A stretch of DNA of 64,000 bases. Source: Acidimicrobiaceae bacterium (GTDB lineage Bacteria; Actinomycetota; Acidimicrobiia; Acidimicrobiales; Aldehydirespiratoraceae). How positions within the stretch are numbered: position 1 is the first letter of the stretch; each line of letters starts with the position of its first letter. Below are positions 1 to 9,267 of the stretch, piece after piece. The position numbers were made by a program, and so were the translations under genes. Where the stretch lies: contig JAPPMP010000015.1 of NCBI GenBank assembly GCA_028819005.1, forward strand, positions 48,897 to 112,896, given 5' to 3'. A model generated the notes under the pieces. It searched no databases and was not told the DNA's origin. It saw only the letters and a program-made list of their open reading frames with translations.

Positions 1-215
1 GCCACGACGTCTCGCGCCTCGCACCTATGGCCAAGCTCTTCTGCAGCAAGGTCTACCGCGACATCACAGCCATGGCCCAACAGGTCTTCGGCGGAGTCGG
101 CTTCACCCTCGAATACGACATCCAACTCTATTTCCGTCGGGCCAAACAGCTCCAGTTGAGCTGGTGGGACAAACAAACCTGCGAGGACCGCGTCGCCGAG
201 GCCGTGCTGGCCTGA
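1..215 (+). CDS. acyl-CoA dehydrogenase, C-terminal fragment (5' end lies outside the window)
   Basis: The ORF runs to the window edge. The tail ...AQQVFGGVGFTLEYDIQLYFRRAKQLQL resembles the C-terminal helical domain of ACADs. Confidence 0.7.
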   Translation, partial: HDVSRLAPMAKLFCSKVYRDITAMAQQVFGGVGFTLEYDIQLYFRRAKQLQLSWWDKQTCEDRVAEAVLA

Positions 216-1174
216 GCCTGTCACAACCCTCACATATACTGGGCGGATGTTGTAAGGGACTTCCATGGGCTGAAGGACCGATTCCCGCAACCGCGTTATC
301 GGAACCCTGAACAGATCGGTTTGCCGCACATCGTGAAGTTCTCAGGAGGCAGGTCATCGGCCGCGATGACACTGCTGATGGCTCGCACAACTTGCTTGAT
401 CCGGCCCGAGGGGACGTGGTCCCTTTATATGTGGCCCGGTGTTGTCACCGTTGAACGCTGCAAACTGAATATGACTAGTGCGAAATGGGGGTCGCCTTTC
501 ATTGGAATCGGAGCAGGGCGCAAGCGTCCAACGCATCGAATTTCGGCTGCTGGCACCTAGTCGCGCTTCGACAAATCAGAGACGAGCGCTTCGTCAATCC
601 CCCTGCCTTTCTTCTCTGCAACCGATACGCCGGACACCTGCCCGTCAACCGAGGCGTTCTCGACCGCGACTACCAGAACACCAGTTCGAGTGATCGCAAG
701 ACGCTTGACGAGACCGTCCGCAATTTGCTGCGCAACTCGGGTGGCGTCTATCACCGTAAACGGACCTTCCTTCTTGATGCTGCACTCCCGGCAGCTTGGT
801 GGCGGGTAGAAATTTCAGATGCCGCGGCTCAAACTGACTGCGGGTTGGACGATCAACAGATCTATGATGCGCTGCAGCCGCTTGGAGGCAATGGGCAGAT
901 GAGGCCGCTTACTCCTCAACCAGACTTGCGGCGCCCAACACCGCGGCTGCATATGCGCTGCTAGCACACTCAAGACAAGAGTCGGCTGGGGATATGCCAA
1001 GGGGCAGCGCAGCCGAGGAGATAATCCTCAAGCTCATGCGCCGTACGCTTCAACTGAGCGTTTCGCACATATCCCCCAAAGATCTTGCTGCTTTGGTTGC
1101 TTGATCCATCTTTTTCTTGTTATTTCCATATTTTTCAGGGGTTACTGTCACACCCCCTCTGTAATGTCGTGGAC

Positions 1175-2274
1175 ATGAACGATCTGGTCGTACCGGTTGT
1201 GGATGTGGCGACGTTGACGAACGCCGGGTTGTCTTCGCGGTTGCGGGAGATTGGGCGCGGCGAGTCTCGTTTGGCGGCCATGAAGTCTCAAGTGCTTGCA
1301 GAGGTCGGGCGTCGTCGCAGCGCCGGAGAAGCTCAGCGATTGGCGCGACACGAATTGCAGGCCTCGGCGCGTGAAGCCAAGCGCGAAGTCGAAACCGCCG
1401 TGAAGCTGGCTGAACTGCCTGCCACATCCGGAGCTCTGGAGTCCGGTGACATCCCCCAAGGCCACGCCAGATTGATAGCGCGGGCCTCAGGCGAAAGCCG
1501 TATCGACGAGACCCTGCTGGTGAGAGCGGCAGAAGCACAGGACTTCGACGAGTTCGCCAAGACGGTGAGGCGCCATCAACAAGACCAATCCCAAGACGAC
1601 GGGCAATCAATCCTCGACCGCCAACGCAAAGCTCGCAAAGCCCGGATCTTCGAATCGCCAGAGTCTGGCATGTTCGTCCTGTCCGCTGAGTTCGATCAGA
1701 TCACCGGAGCCCGCATCGCCACTGCGCTGACCGCCAAGGAACGCGAACTCTGGCACAACGAAGACTCCAAAGCACGTCGCAATCCCCAACAACGCATGGC
1801 CGACGCGTTGGCTGATCTGATCTGTGAGACAGGTGCCGACAAGTCCCAGGGCACTGATCTGCTGGTGATCGCAGACTACGACGTCTGCAAACAGGAGTTG
1901 GTCAAAGCCAGGCTCGCTGACGGCTCACCGATACCGATAGCCGAATTGCACCGCCTCGTATGCGATGCCAACATCCTGCCTTCGATTTTCGACACGAATT
2001 CTCAAGACCTCTGGCTCGGGCGCAGCCGCCGCACCGCATCAGCCGCTCAGCGCGCAGATTGACAGCCCGCGATCAGGGCTGTATCGGATGCCGGGCGAAC
2101 CCGCTGTGGTGCCGGGCCCACCATGTCGTCTGGTGGTCAAAAAATGGAACCACCGACCTGAACAACCTGGTGCTGGTCTGCGACGGCTGCCACCGCAAGA
2201 TCCATGAGCACAACTGGACGGACCACCAGAACCAAGAAACCCGCAAGTACTGCCTCAAACCACCCGACCCCTAG
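1175..2274 (+). pseudogene. DUF222 / HNH endonuclease (13E12-repeat-like element), frameshifted
   Basis: The N-terminal DUF222-like part sits in frame 2 (ATG 1175 to TGA 2062). The HNH part (CIGC...HHVVWWSKNGTTDLNNLVLVCDGCHRKIHEHNW) sits in frame 1 up to 2274. The junction ...SAAQRA / LTARDQGCIGC implies a 1-nt indel near 2055-2060. Confidence 0.8.
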
Positions 2275-2440
2275 TAGCGCCGGCGAACACGCATCGGATT
2301 CGCTGGCTGCCAACCGGTCGAGGCCGAAGCCCGGAACGGCAACTGCCGGCGCCGGCGAACACGCATCGGCCTCGACGGCTCCCGAGCAGGATCAGGACAC
2401 CACCGGACAGATCGGCGCGTTGGGATCATCGAACACGTTC

Positions 2441-2821
2441 TCAGCTTGGGACGACAGTGATGGAGCAAGTCGGGCCGGGAGCTGCCGACAGCCGCGAGTC
2501 TGCGGTGAGCAACGAACAGTTCAATGCCTCCGCGAGTGCGACGTAGGACGCGTCGTATGCCGAAATGTTGTCTCGCAGGGACCATATTCGATTTGAGAGT
2601 CCAGTCGTCGGGTAGCGGTCGACCCCGAGTCGGGTCCAACGCTGGATTGCCCGTTCGGCATCCCTGGGCGACAACACCCCGCGGTGAAGCAGCTTGTGCA
2701 ATGTCTGGAGCACTTCGGCATCGATCAAGTGCGGAGCGGCAAGTTGATTCCCGACAAGCTGCAGTCGGGCATTGCCGTCGTGAAGCAGAGCTGAGACCGC
2801 TGCCGAGGCGTCAACGACCAT
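2441..2821 (-). CDS. vapC: PIN-domain ribonuclease toxin VapC
   Basis: The sequence MVVDASAAVSALL...AYDASYVALAEALNCSLLTADSRL is a typical VapC PIN layout. The ATG at 2819-2821 overlaps the antitoxin stop (ATGA). Confidence 0.85.
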   Translation of the reverse strand: MVVDASAAVSALLHDGNARLQLVGNQLAAPHLIDAEVLQTLHKLLHRGVLSPRDAERAIQRWTRLGVDRYPTTGLSNRIWSLRDNISAYDASYVALAEALNCSLLTADSRLSAAPGPTCSITVVPS

Positions 2822-3042
2822 CACCTTTCGGAGCGGCCTGCATGAAGCGCGTCCACGATGTCTTCCGCCGAGACGCTCAAGTCTGGGAGGTCGCCGAGCA
2901 GCGCCGGGTTCTCCGCGCGGCAAGTGGACCGGGCGAGTTCGCGCACCGCCATGGCCGATACCGACAATCCAGCTCGCTCGGCCAGCGTTTCGAGACGTTG
3001 CACCACCTCGTCCGGAACATTCCGCAAATACAGTGTCCTCAT
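2821..3042 (-). CDS. vapB: ribbon-helix-helix type antitoxin VapB
   Basis: The N-terminus MRTLYLRNVPDEVVQRLETLAERAGLSVSAMAVRELAR matches an Arc/FitA-like antitoxin. It has a 4-bp overlap with vapC. Confidence 0.75.
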   Translation of the reverse strand: MRTLYLRNVPDEVVQRLETLAERAGLSVSAMAVRELARSTCRAENPALLGDLPDLSVSAEDIVDALHAGRSER

Positions 3043-3088
3043 GTTGCAAAATGCTAGCATAGTGCAAACAACTTGCAACAGCAGCAGG
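3043..3088 (-). promoter_or_regulatory. candidate vapBC promoter/operator
   Basis: Directly upstream of the vapB ATG lie a perfect 10-bp palindrome ATGCTAGCAT (3051-3060) and palindromic hexamers TTGCAA at 3044-3049 and 3073-3078, plus GTGCAA at 3062-3067. The patch is AT-richer than its surroundings. Confidence 0.4.
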
Positions 3089-6000
3089 TTAGGACGGACT
3101 AGGCGAATCCTCGATGATCACCGTGTCGGAAGCTGAACGGCCGAACACCTCCGGCGCGTAGATCTCCTCGGCTTTGGCCGGAGGCGCCACGAAGGTTCCC
3201 GGCGTGGTCGCCCGAGCCACGTAGCTGTACTCGTGGGTGCCGGCCCACAGATACGACGAGAACGCCTCGGTCCGGTCGTCGCGCAAGTTCTGGTGCTCAT
3301 ACCAGGTCCACCGCCACCAATAATCGGCGGCGTCGCTGCGGGGCGCCTCGATCTCGCCCGTCACCGCCAACGCCGGGTTGAGGGCTTCGAACCCGGCGGG
3401 TAGCGGATCAACCAGAACCATGTTGGTGCGTCGGCTGTCGTTGACCATCGTCAGCTTGACCCGCACCTCGGCGCCGGCCACGACATGCCAGAAGCCGTCG
3501 GAGTCGAGCCACACATCGTCGGGATCGTTGATCGCCTCGTAGGTGCGCTGCACAACAAAGCCGCGATCTAGCGGACCCAACTCGAGATTTGTCGGGGCGT
3601 AGCGAAGCCCGAGTCGGTAGTAGAGACGGCCGCTGCCGTCATTCTGGACAGTGAGATCGGCGTCGCCCGCTGCGATCAGGTCCGCCATCGGAACCAGAGT
3701 AGCCCCACGATCGGTTGTCCGGCCCGAGAACTCGTGTTCAGCCACATATTCGTCGCCCAGCCAGACACGGGCGACGAAGTCGGGCTCCGCCGCTTCGAAC
3801 GTCTCGAAATACCTGTCGAGGGCCAACAGGATGAAGGAGTTCTCCTGAACATTGTTCCAACGGCCTTTGACCTGGTTGGACAACAACCCCGCCACGACCT
3901 TCACGATCAGATCTGAATCCGGGGCCATGGTGATCAGAGCGTCGAGCACGATGCCGTCGGCTCGGCGATCCGAAGCCAGGATCAAGTAGGCGTCTTCGCC
4001 GTAGTCGGTGACGAACGTCGCCGCTTCGGCCGTCTCGGTCACCCGGTTGTTGAAGACCCGCTCGATGTCAGCTTCGATGTCGTCATCTCCGACGACCGGC
4101 CATATCCAAGCCAATGCGTCCAGCTCGAGGTCCGCACCCCGACGGTTCCAGAGTTCACGAGCCGCGCGCAGGTCCCGGTCGCCGTCGAGCGCACGCACAT
4201 GCAGGGCGTAGGCCGACAACATGTCCTTTGACTTCCTGCTGTAGTCAGCGGGAATCCGCTCTTCGACGTTGCGCAAATACCAACGGCCGTTCTCCATCAC
4301 CGCATTCGGAACGGCGAAGCCTGCGGTTCGAGCCGTGACGAGAGCATGCATCGCCTGGATCGACGGGTACGGGTACGAGACGCCCTTTCGCGACCACCAG
4401 CCGAAGCCGCCGTCGGTGTGTTGCAGCGCGGCCAACTCGCTGATGTCGCTGCGCACAACTGCGTCGAGTTCCGCTGGAGTCGGCAGACCTTCCGCATCAA
4501 AGGCTCCGAGTACATCTCGCAGCGCAGAGACGGCCAGGATGCGGCTGGCGTATGCATCGGCGGAGGTGTAGCGGTATTCCGAGAGGTACAACACAGCGTC
4601 GGTCAAGGTCTGCAGGGCAGTGGAGGACGCGTTGAGCTCGAGCCCTCCGAACTGGGAGAACACATCTCGTGGTTCGGTGAGCGAATAGCCCACCACCCCG
4701 GAGTCCAGCACCCCGTAGGCCGCGAACGCCTCGCTCGTGGCCGGTGTGTAGACGGGCAGCGAAACTACCTGGGCATCGGCGTTGTCGCCCGACACGGCCG
4801 CGACCCGGAAACGGGCGGTGCCTGCAGAGGCGGTCGAAGCACCGAAGAGCACCTCCACCCGGTCGTTGGCCGGGACAGTTATCCGCCGGCCCGCCGGCCC
4901 TTCAAGGTTGAGGTTCGCGGTCTGCACGACCACATCTACCTCGGCCGGCGAATCAGTCTGGTTCTGCACCACGATCGGCAGATCGAACCGGTCGCCGAAG
5001 TTCAGGAACCTCGGAGCAGACGGCCGGACCTGCAGCGGCAGCCGCGCGGTGATTGCAGACTCGGCCGAACCGAAACGATCAACGCCATCAACCGCGACGG
5101 CCATCACTCGGTAGCGGGTGAGGTTGTCGGGCAAATCGAACTCGACAGTGGCAACACCACCGGCATCGGTCGCAACCTCAGGGTCGAACAGGGCCAGCGC
5201 GTCAAGGTTCTTGCGCACCTCGATCTGAAGGCCTTGGGCGCTGAGCCGGGTCGAAGAGTCGAAATCCGCTGAGGAGGATTCCTCGGCCATCTCGGCGTCA
5301 TCGGCCATGTCGTCACCCCCAAAATCATCCACCGCTGTCGCCGCGACAGTGGAGGTGGCCGCTCCATCACCTCCCTCACCACCAATGGAATCAAGCAACG
5401 CCTGCGGATTCTCAAGCAGGATGCCGTCGCGGGCGCGTTGCGCGCTCAGGTACACGCCCAGTGACCGGTAGAACACCTCGAGCGGGTCGACGAGCTGATA
5501 ACCCGAGAGCGAGAGCACCGCCTCGTCTGCCACAACCAACAGCACATCGGCATTGTCAACCGGTTCGCCGTCGGCGTCGTTCACTTGCACGGTCACGCTG
5601 GTGGAATCCCCCGGTTTCACCGCGTTTGCTGCCGGGGTGACCGTGATATCGAGCGCCCGCCGCGCCGGAGGCACGCGAAGCCGAACCTCCCCCGTCCCAT
5701 AGGCCGGACGGTGAGCGAAGCCGTCCAACACGGTGCCGTCATCGGCGGTTCGCGCTGTCGTCGACACGATCTCAACCCGCACCGTCAGTTCCGGGACATG
5801 ATCGTCGGTGATCGGCACCTCAAGCACAGCTGCGTGATCAGCGATCTCGAAAGTGCTCAGCTCGATGATCTCGTTGCGGGCGATCACCAAGAGTCCTGTC
5901 CCCGAACTGAACGGCGAATCGACTAGGATCTCAGCGGTGTCGCCCGCCGCGTAGGTCTCGGCGTCCGGGATGAGACTGACACTTTCCAACTCGACGTTCC

Positions 6001-9000
6001 GGCTCGGAACGCCGCTCTTTTCGCCGGCGACCCAACGGATCATTTCGCTGCGGTTTGCCCGCCCCGCGTCATCGACGACTCTGGCGTCGATGCGATAGCG
6101 ACCGCCGACTGCCGAATCGAATTCGCAGGCAACGGGCCCGTCTGCCGATGTCACGTTGCAGGTTTCGGCGTCTGCGGCGACTTCGGTCCATTCTCCGTCG
6201 ATGTACTCTTCGAGGAGCCGCGAAGCGGTGATCTCAAAGGCACGGCCGGCAACCGCGTTGCCGTCGAGGTCGGTGACGATTGCTTCAATGTCGAAGCCTT
6301 CTCCCGCTCTGACGAACGTCCGGGTTGAGCGAACGCCCACGTACAGGTCTGCGGCGTGCACCAGCACATCAGTCGATGAGGCCCACTGCCGGCGGTTCAC
6401 GTCAAGCACTCGAGCCTCCGCGGTGACCGTCGTGGGAAGTTGGCCGCCGTCGCCGTCGAAGTCCATCTGCAGGTAATGACTGCCGCCTGCGTCGGTCAAG
6501 CCCGAGAAGGCCTCGCGAACCGGCTCCTCGAGCGGACCACCGAAGCCGTAGTCGTCATCGGAGTGCCAGTCGCCGCCGAAATCGTTGTGATGCCACCACG
6601 GGGTCCACACACCGAATGTGAATTCGTTCCAGTTGGGCGGCGAATACGAGGCCTCCCGCGTGGTGACAATCCAGGAGACCTCCGCGTTGGGCAACGGACC
6701 GCCGGAGAAGTACCTGGCGTCCACGACCACCGTCGCGGGCTCGTCGACGAAGAACGGGCCTGGAGACTCCAAGCGAGCAATCACTTCGAACTCGGGGCGG
6801 CGGAACTCTTGAATCTGGAACTGATGGTAATGCCAGCTGTTCTCTCGGTCCCGTGGACCTTGTAACTCGATCCACGCATGGCCCAGGTTCGCTCCGTCAC
6901 GCAGTTCAATGGCGAGATCAAAGCCGCCGTGCTCGTCAAGACGGAAGCTCCCCTCAGCAAGTTCGCTGCCGAACGAATCAGAGGCTCGATAGGTCATCAG
7001 CTGTTGCGGCGGAAGGAACTCGAGGCTGCCATCGCCGCTCAGGTCGAGGTTGCGAACCCAGCCCTTCAGATGGAGCGTCTCGCCGGGCCGGTAGGCGCCG
7101 CGATCGTCGGCGGTGTGCCAAATCAGCTGATCCTGCAGTGACCATGCCCGCACCTTCGCCCGGTTGATGGCCTGGTCCTCACCGAGCGTTGCGACTATCC
7201 AGGCGTGTTCGCCGACAATTGAGGTGCGTACCAGTCCGTCGCTGTCGGTGGTGAGCGACGAGCCGCGTCCCCGCAGATCGATTTCGACGCCCTCCAACGG
7301 ATCACCAGAGCGCAAATCCGTGGTCCACACCACCACGTCACGATGGTCGGTGATCATGTCGACTCCGATATCAGTGTCCTGCACCCAGGCAACCACCGGA
7401 CGGTTGCTCCAAAAATCATTGTCCGCGTATGTAAGGTCGGCGAACCGCCCGACCCCCTCGACGATGGCGATCACATGTCCGCGGGCACCCCCAAGGGCGT
7501 CGTCGAGATCAATCCGAACCTCGGTGACGGCATCCGAATCGATCCCGGTATCGACCACCTCGTCGGCAACAAGAGTCCACGGCGGGGTGGGCAATTCTCC
7601 GTCGCGGGCCCTGTCCCAACGCTCGAGGAAGCTCTCGAACGAACCGTAGTCGCTCGGATCCACATCGTAGAGGCGCACCCGCAGCCGCTCGTGTTTGCGC
7701 ACGGTGACGGGAATCGTCTGTTGCTCGACGAGCGGATCGAGCGTCACGAGCCGTCGGCCCGATGCTTGGATGAACGGACGTGCTTCATCGATGTGGAACT
7801 CGATCGTCTCGGGCTGTCCCAACGCCTGGCCGAACTCGTCTTTGAGGGTCGCCGGGATCACCACTTCGTAGACCGTGTCCCCCACGGTCGGGGCAATGAT
7901 GTTGACTGAGCTGTAATCCACCCAGATGCGGGCGTCGACGAGCTCAGGCGATATCTGCAGGTCGGCGACGCCAAGCGTGGCGGGGTCGAGCACGTTGTTG
8001 AAGTACACGCTGAGCCAACTTCCGGGCCAACAGGGGTTCTGCGACGTACAGCCGCTTTCTTGCGCCCGCAGGGGCGCGTACGTGCGGGCCTGCGCCACCA
8101 GCGAGGCGTCGGAAGTGTTCGTTCCTTCAGCCGAAGGCACGTTCGGCCCGACTTCGATGGTTATCGCCGAGTCGGGTTCGAGTTCTGACACCGGCGTGAA
8201 CGCAACCCACGTACCGTCCACGGCCAGCCCGGTCCGGCGCTTGACGTCCTCATCGCTCTCGATCTCGGCGTCGGTGGCAAGGCGGATATCGCGCTCGCTG
8301 CCATCGGTGCTCAATGTGATTGTCCCAAGCACCGCGGCGGCGTCTACTCGTTGATCGAAGGCGACCATGAACACGGGCTGCAGGTCGAGCGAGTCGTGCT
8401 GCGGGGAGAGTGAGAGCACCGTGGGCGCAGGGGTCTCGAACTCGAAGCGGACCGTCTCAGCCAACTCGCCGCCGGACTGCGAAGTCGTCCCGGCTGGGAT
8501 CTCGACCGCATAGGAGGTCGCCATCGGCAGTCGGTCGAACACTGCCGGGTCATGCTCGAAACGCAGCGTTCGAGTACCGATCCACTGCCAGCGGCCCGGC
8601 AGCGACGGCGTCATCGTGACCGGAACACCAATCTCGCCGATCTGCGCGAGAGTGGTCAGCGGCACCATCGCCTGGTTGAAGGTGATGCTGACGAAAGGCG
8701 CTATCCCCACTTCGCCCTCGGGCTGCACCCGCAACACCTCCAAGGGTCCGGAGTCGACCGCCGGCGCTTCAACATCGGAATCCGTCGGGAACGGACTCTC
8801 GATCGTGGCGCCCACGCGCGGGCGCGGAAGACTCTCCGGCGGACGGTTGAATCCGACGGCGTCGTCATCTTCGCCGTCATCCCAGGCCTCGAGTCGATCG
8901 GTCACCGCGCTGATCTCGTCCTCGCTGAGCTCGCGGCCCTCGATCCGGGTCACCACCGCCAGGGTTTCGACACCGCCGGCACTGCCCTCGCTCAGTCGAA

Positions 9001-9196
9001 CCTCCAAGTTGGGTCCTTCGCGAGCCGACCCAGATCCGGGCCCAACCCCGGTTCGACTTCGGGAGTCACCGTCCGTATCCGGTTCTGCTGGGCCGTCCGG
9101 ATCCGCGGTCGGCGCAGGTTCGTCCTCGCTCGACAGCACACTGGCCAACACCATCAGGACGATCCCGACTGCCAGCCACCGCCAAAGATGCCTCAT
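3089..9196 (-). CDS. alpha-2-macroglobulin family protein (2035 aa), thioester motif absent
   Basis: It has an N-terminal hydrophobic signal/anchor MRHLWRWLAVGIVLMVLASVLS. The large multi-MG-domain architecture and the thioester-domain-like region (...GGFGWWSRKGVSYPYPSIQAMHALV) are present. Where CxEQ is expected the sequence reads YRYTSADA (4556-4576). Confidence 0.85.
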   Translation of the reverse strand: MRHLWRWLAVGIVLMVLASVLSSEDEPAPTADPDGPAEPDTDGDSRSRTGVGPGSGSAREGPNLEVRLSEGSAGGVETLAVVTRIEGRELSEDEISAVTDRLEAWDDGEDDDAVGFNRPPESLPRPRVGATIESPFPTDSDVEAPAVDSGPLEVLRVQPEGEVGIAPFVSITFNQAMVPLTTLAQIGEIGVPVTMTPSLPGRWQWIGTRTLRFEHDPAVFDRLPMATSYAVEIPAGTTSQSGGELAETVRFEFETPAPTVLSLSPQHDSLDLQPVFMVAFDQRVDAAAVLGTITLSTDGSERDIRLATDAEIESDEDVKRRTGLAVDGTWVAFTPVSELEPDSAITIEVGPNVPSAEGTNTSDASLVAQARTYAPLRAQESGCTSQNPCWPGSWLSVYFNNVLDPATLGVADLQISPELVDARIWVDYSSVNIIAPTVGDTVYEVVIPATLKDEFGQALGQPETIEFHIDEARPFIQASGRRLVTLDPLVEQQTIPVTVRKHERLRVRLYDVDPSDYGSFESFLERWDRARDGELPTPPWTLVADEVVDTGIDSDAVTEVRIDLDDALGGARGHVIAIVEGVGRFADLTYADNDFWSNRPVVAWVQDTDIGVDMITDHRDVVVWTTDLRSGDPLEGVEIDLRGRGSSLTTDSDGLVRTSIVGEHAWIVATLGEDQAINRAKVRAWSLQDQLIWHTADDRGAYRPGETLHLKGWVRNLDLSGDGSLEFLPPQQLMTYRASDSFGSELAEGSFRLDEHGGFDLAIELRDGANLGHAWIELQGPRDRENSWHYHQFQIQEFRRPEFEVIARLESPGPFFVDEPATVVVDARYFSGGPLPNAEVSWIVTTREASYSPPNWNEFTFGVWTPWWHHNDFGGDWHSDDDYGFGGPLEEPVREAFSGLTDAGGSHYLQMDFDGDGGQLPTTVTAEARVLDVNRRQWASSTDVLVHAADLYVGVRSTRTFVRAGEGFDIEAIVTDLDGNAVAGRAFEITASRLLEEYIDGEWTEVAADAETCNVTSADGPVACEFDSAVGGRYRIDARVVDDAGRANRSEMIRWVAGEKSGVPSRNVELESVSLIPDAETYAAGDTAEILVDSPFSSGTGLLVIARNEIIELSTFEIADHAAVLEVPITDDHVPELTVRVEIVSTTARTADDGTVLDGFAHRPAYGTGEVRLRVPPARRALDITVTPAANAVKPGDSTSVTVQVNDADGEPVDNADVLLVVADEAVLSLSGYQLVDPLEVFYRSLGVYLSAQRARDGILLENPQALLDSIGGEGGDGAATSTVAATAVDDFGGDDMADDAEMAEESSSADFDSSTRLSAQGLQIEVRKNLDALALFDPEVATDAGGVATVEFDLPDNLTRYRVMAVAVDGVDRFGSAESAITARLPLQVRPSAPRFLNFGDRFDLPIVVQNQTDSPAEVDVVVQTANLNLEGPAGRRITVPANDRVEVLFGASTASAGTARFRVAAVSGDNADAQVVSLPVYTPATSEAFAAYGVLDSGVVGYSLTEPRDVFSQFGGLELNASSTALQTLTDAVLYLSEYRYTSADAYASRILAVSALRDVLGAFDAEGLPTPAELDAVVRSDISELAALQHTDGGFGWWSRKGVSYPYPSIQAMHALVTARTAGFAVPNAVMENGRWYLRNVEERIPADYSRKSKDMLSAYALHVRALDGDRDLRAARELWNRRGADLELDALAWIWPVVGDDDIEADIERVFNNRVTETAEAATFVTDYGEDAYLILASDRRADGIVLDALITMAPDSDLIVKVVAGLLSNQVKGRWNNVQENSFILLALDRYFETFEAAEPDFVARVWLGDEYVAEHEFSGRTTDRGATLVPMADLIAAGDADLTVQNDGSGRLYYRLGLRYAPTNLELGPLDRGFVVQRTYEAINDPDDVWLDSDGFWHVVAGAEVRVKLTMVNDSRRTNMVLVDPLPAGFEALNPALAVTGEIEAPRSDAADYWWRWTWYEHQNLRDDRTEAFSSYLWAGTHEYSYVARATTPGTFVAPPAKAEEIYAPEVFGRSASDTVIIEDSPSPS

Positions 9197-9267
9197 GGTT
9201 CAACCCTCTCGAACTAGCCTTCGAGACTACGACGAGCCGAAGCCCCTGTCTGGTTCCTGAGAATTTT

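Noticed and set aside
557-754. A 65-aa minus-strand ORF (…VIDATRVAQQIADGLVKRLAITRTGVLVVAVENASVDGQ…) considered as a small gene in the accessory patch.
   Set aside because: The composition looks protein-like, but I cannot assign a family. The start is a GTG without an RBS, and the frame is closed just upstream. I left it out of the feature list as unsupported.
4544-4579. Search for the CxEQ thioester motif in the A2M homologue.
   Set aside because: The aligned position reads EYRYTSADAYAS, with Ser for Cys and Ala for Gln. I found no alternative CxEQ in a comparable context, so I do not call a thioester.
8552-9260. Long + strand ORFs (221 and 214 aa, and many others from 3651 to 9260) opposite the A2M gene.
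   Set aside because: These are typical GC-rich antisense shadow ORFs. They are Arg/Ser/Pro/Thr-rich low-complexity sequence lying fully inside a well-supported 2035-aa CDS.
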